DNA from: Podarcis bocagei
Taxonomy: Eukaryota
DNA: 64,000 nt
Assembly: GCA_964188305.1 (NCBI GenBank)
Contig: OZ076886.1
Strand: one strand, 5' to 3'
Shown: positions 60,389 through 64,000 of the stretch, piece after piece
How positions within the stretch are numbered: the first letter of the stretch is position 1
Layout of the letters: every line of letters begins with the position of its first letter
Notes under the pieces: model-generated
Told to the model about the DNA's origin: nothing
What the model saw: the letters and a program-made list of their open reading frames with translations, nothing else
Database searches by the model: none
Program-made: the position numbers and the translations under genes

Positions 60389-61974
60389 TTACCCCCATTG
60401 TAAGTCAGGTTTATTATCAACGTTTACAGACTTTCAGCTGTTTGCAATGAGCAAATCATACAAAAGAAATATGAATTAGCTCAACACAATGGATGCTTCA
60501 AGTGGTTTCGCCAAATTCACCTGAAATTCAGCTGCAATACAGTGCAGATGGATAGGAGAAGCTGTCTGTCTGCCCTCTACTGCTTACAGGGAACATATTC
60601 CGCTGAAAGCAATCCAAAACAAGTACACCATTCATACTAACCAAATGGGTGTCTGAGTACACATTCCACTGAAAACCCTCCAGTGGAGACTGACCATCTG
60701 TACTGGGATAAATTTTGGATGTACACCCTTGCATAAACCATTATTCCCACTGCCATCACCATCCAGGTCTACTGAGTAATAGCAACAAGAAAAAATGGTT
60801 TAAAAGGCCAATGTATCAATAGTGAGATTCTTTTCAAAGTACTCCCTGCACATCTCATTATCAGAGACAGATGTTAATTTTCCCCATCCAGTCCATTAAT
60901 TCTGAAGTATAATCATTCATTTCAAATTCTAAAACTTAGGCATGAGCACTCATCCCACATATCTAGTTAGATTTCCAGTAAAAACATCTTAAAGTCTTCC
61001 AAACTACTTCTACTGTACTTGAAAAACTATAAAACTTGTAACCCTGGAAAATGAAGTCCCCTCTTTATTCGTGAGCCAGGTAAAACTCAGGAAGTGACAC
61101 GAGAAGCTTTCTCAAACAGCCCTGCCACAGCAACCACAACTCCAAACTGGAAAGACCACCCTGGGAATAAGAAGCAATTCAGATTTCCTCCCAGCTAATT
61201 CCCGAGTCTCTTTTAGGCCGAAAAAAAACCCCCATGCTCACTTTTAATATGGTGGTTTTCTGATGTAAACTACTGTATTTCTCCCTTAACAACCTGTTCA
61301 GAGGTCTGTTACTGGTCCAAAGATGAGTTAATTAAGGGGACAGTACAGTCTGTCCCAGCACTTCATGACCATTAAAATATATTTTACGTTTCCTGAAATG
61401 TCTATATACTCTGTTTTTAACAATTATTAGAATTTCCTTATTCTTCTCAAGCATCTCCTGCTTGAAGATTTGAATCCTCACATACATAAGGAATCAAAAC
61501 CAAACATTGTCATGATAACTAATTCTTTGACCTCCTATGCCCGAAGCTACAGAAGAGTTAGATGAGGATTTATAATTCTTGTCTTAAAGATATGGAGACT
61601 ATGGCTTAAAACACATTAAGACTTTTCCTTTGCTTTTACCAGTGTATCTAAAGCAGAAACTAATCTTCAATCTTGGTAGACGAATCACTTATAAACAAGG
61701 AACTGCTGTGAACTAACATGGAAATATAAATTCATCAGTAATAAAATGAGTCTTAAAATAATACGGTATTTATGTAGTACATACTTGACTTTACCACTTC
61801 TATATGTTTGGGGAGAGGTGTGGAAAAGAGGCTCCCAGACAAAATTCTGTCTCCTAACATACTAGAAAGGTGGGGTGGACGTTCCCTCTCCTTAAATGGG
61901 AATTTCTCAGGAACATAATATAATTTTATCCATCTGAAACAGCACTTTAAAAAACAAAAACAGCAACATTCCTA

Positions 61975-62150
61975 CATATCATATCCCACCTTTCCCCCAA
62001 AGAGCTCAATGTGGCATACATGACTGACCCTGCCCACTTTATTCGCAAAACAACCCTGTGAAGTAGGTGAGGCTGAGAGTCAGAAACTGCTCCAAGATTA
62101 CTCAGCTTCGTGACTTGAGTGGAGTTTCAACCTTTGTCTCCCTGGTCCAT
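61975..62150 (-). mobile_element. Squam3/MIR-like CORE SINE, decayed
   Basis: atcccacctttcccc...aacaaccctgtgaagtaggtgaggctgagag...gagtggagtttcaacc parallels the 33416 copy. Confidence 0.7.
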
Positions 62151-63313
62151 TGGTATAAAGCAAGTGGCAAGTAATTGCATTAATGTTTATTAATTTAATT
62201 TTAATGACTCCTGCAGAAATTCAGGCTTACTGCAACAGGCCAAGGCTCAACCTCAAAACATTTTCTGTAAGTTTTACTTACTGTAACAGAAAATTGAACA
62301 AGATTCCTAAATATTTCCCATGGGAAACAGCACTGCCTGCAAACTGTGAGTAACCTAAAGTAGCCAACACCCAGAGAGGAAACTACAAATCAAATCTAAT
62401 TGCTGCAGCACAGACTGGGCTTCACTATGATAGATCCAAATATAAGCTGCAAATGCCTGATTGCTGACAGATCACTTTTGCTCTAAGGGTACACTGTACG
62501 TCAATCAAAATTAAATTCATTATGCTCATCACTACCAAGTAATCAGAAAAAGGCTACTTTGAGCCCAACTAATGGGATGTTCAAAGGCTCCCCAATCTGC
62601 TCTGTCTCTGCCACCAACGTGAGACATAGAGGAGGCAGCTGAGACTTTGAAAAATCACTAGCTGGGCAGAGGAGAAAGACCTGTAAACCAAAATAAAAAT
62701 GAGAATTAAAAATGTGCATGTTGTACAAACAGAATATAAAACAGGTTGAAGTGTACTATATTTTCCTCACCGATGAGAAGAGATCTCTATAACTCACTGG
62801 TTGCTCTGATCACTTGTGAGCCATTGGGTATTTCTTTGCTGCTTGGGTAAAATATAAGTCATTCATAGCTGAAACATAATTTCTCTTCCTTTCCCCTGCC
62901 ACTATATGCTGTGTGTGAATATGTCTTGTATATAGGCACACTAACATCCTGCACTGCTCAAAAACACCTTAAGGTTCCTCAGATGGTGGGTATTGGAACA
63001 TTTCTGTTGCCATGGATTAGGGGCCACTATGCATCACAATAATCATAACCCATAACTGGATTTTACACCGCTATATCAGTTGTGGTGTATTATCACAATC
63101 TTCTTTTCTTACTTTGTTCAATCTTTTCCCTACTTTGCTCAGTTGAATACTTTTTTTTTACTCCTATATTATATATACAAGTGTGTGTATGTGTGTGTGT
63201 GTGTGTGTAAATAGTTTTCCCCAAATATGTTAACTGTTATAGGAGCAGAAACAAAGTGTCAATATTACTTATTTTAGCATAGAAAGAATTTTACTAAAAT
63301 ACTGGGAAATTCA

Positions 63314-63653
63314 GGGATGCGGGTGGCGCTGTGGGTTAAACCACAGAGCCTAGGACTTGCCAATCAGAAGGTCGGTGGTTCGAATCCCCACGATGGAGTG
63401 AGCTCCCGTTGCTCAGTCCCTGCTCCTGCCAACCTAGCAGTTCAAAAGCACATCAAAGTGCAAGTAGATAAATAGGTACCGCTCTGGCGGGCAGGTAAAC
63501 GCCGTTTCCGTGCACTGCTCTGGTTCACCAGAAGCGGCTTAGTCATGCTGGCCACATGACCCAGAAGCTGTCCCTCGGCCAATAAAGTGAGATGAGCGCC
63601 GCAACCCCAGAGTCGGTCACGACTGGACCTAATGGTCAGGGGTTCCTTTACCT
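63314..63653 (+). mobile_element. Full-length Sauria SINE (short variant)
   Basis: GGGATGCGGGTGGCGCTGTGG...GGTTCGAATCC...CCTTTACCT; TSD TACTG(G/A)GAAATTCA (63300-63313 / 63654-63667). Confidence 0.95.
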
Positions 63654-64000
63654 TACTGAGAAATTCACTAAAACTGCATGTCATTTTAAACAAATTTATT
63701 CAAAAATGTTTTTTGGGAGGGAGGGAAAGGTTTTTCTGTACTTCCACAAACCTTAGGATTTCCCCCAAGCATGCTGATATATCTGTCTTATTTTTCAGTG
63801 AACTTAGTTTGGCTATTGTTTTATTGGCATTCAACAGTTGAGTCTGCTCTTAGGGGGACTGGTGATGGCCATCTTTATCTTTTTTTGCTCGAAGTCTTAT
63901 ATTAACAGAAGTCAGCCCAATAAGGCTTTTGTGATTGCTCCCTACTGTTTTTATGCTAGGTTATTGAGACATGGTTCTATTTATCTTAATTTTTAGATTT

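Noticed and set aside
62536-62680. Minus-strand exon after a strong acceptor (tttttattttggtttacag|GTC)
   Set aside because: There is no convincing donor and all frames hit stops; a non-coding exon cannot be supported without RNA data.

Overview
Vertebrate (not microbial) genomic DNA from a squamate reptile, most likely a lacertid lizard. The evidence is Sauria SINEs with (ACCTTT)n tails, Bov-B/RTE fragments, a tRNA-Lys/CR1-tail SINE, Squam3/MIR-like SINEs and L2/L1 remnants. Most of the window looks like one large intron, probably of a minus-strand gene. The only good coding candidate is a pair of small minus-strand exons (1340-1205 and 1115-1057) separated by an 89-nt GT-AG intron. Together they form an open, frame-preserving 195-nt phase 1/phase 1 unit that I cannot assign to a named gene. 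The rest is transposon-derived or TE-poor DNA: six TA-flanked Tigger/pogo-type MITEs, three CCGTA-ended (Tc2-type) MITEs, at least eight non-autonomous hAT copies with 8-bp TSDs, a Gypsy-like solo LTR plus a decayed relative, microsatellites, a 172-nt N gap and several possible enhancer blocks. Almost all ORFs in the supplied track are spurious or TE fragments. I found no CRISPR array, operon or intact autonomous element, and cannot support a claim of a new biological system. The best leads are the unassigned exon cassette, a MITE carrying a 109/108-bp higher-order palindromic array, and a shared decayed ORF inside the LTR family.
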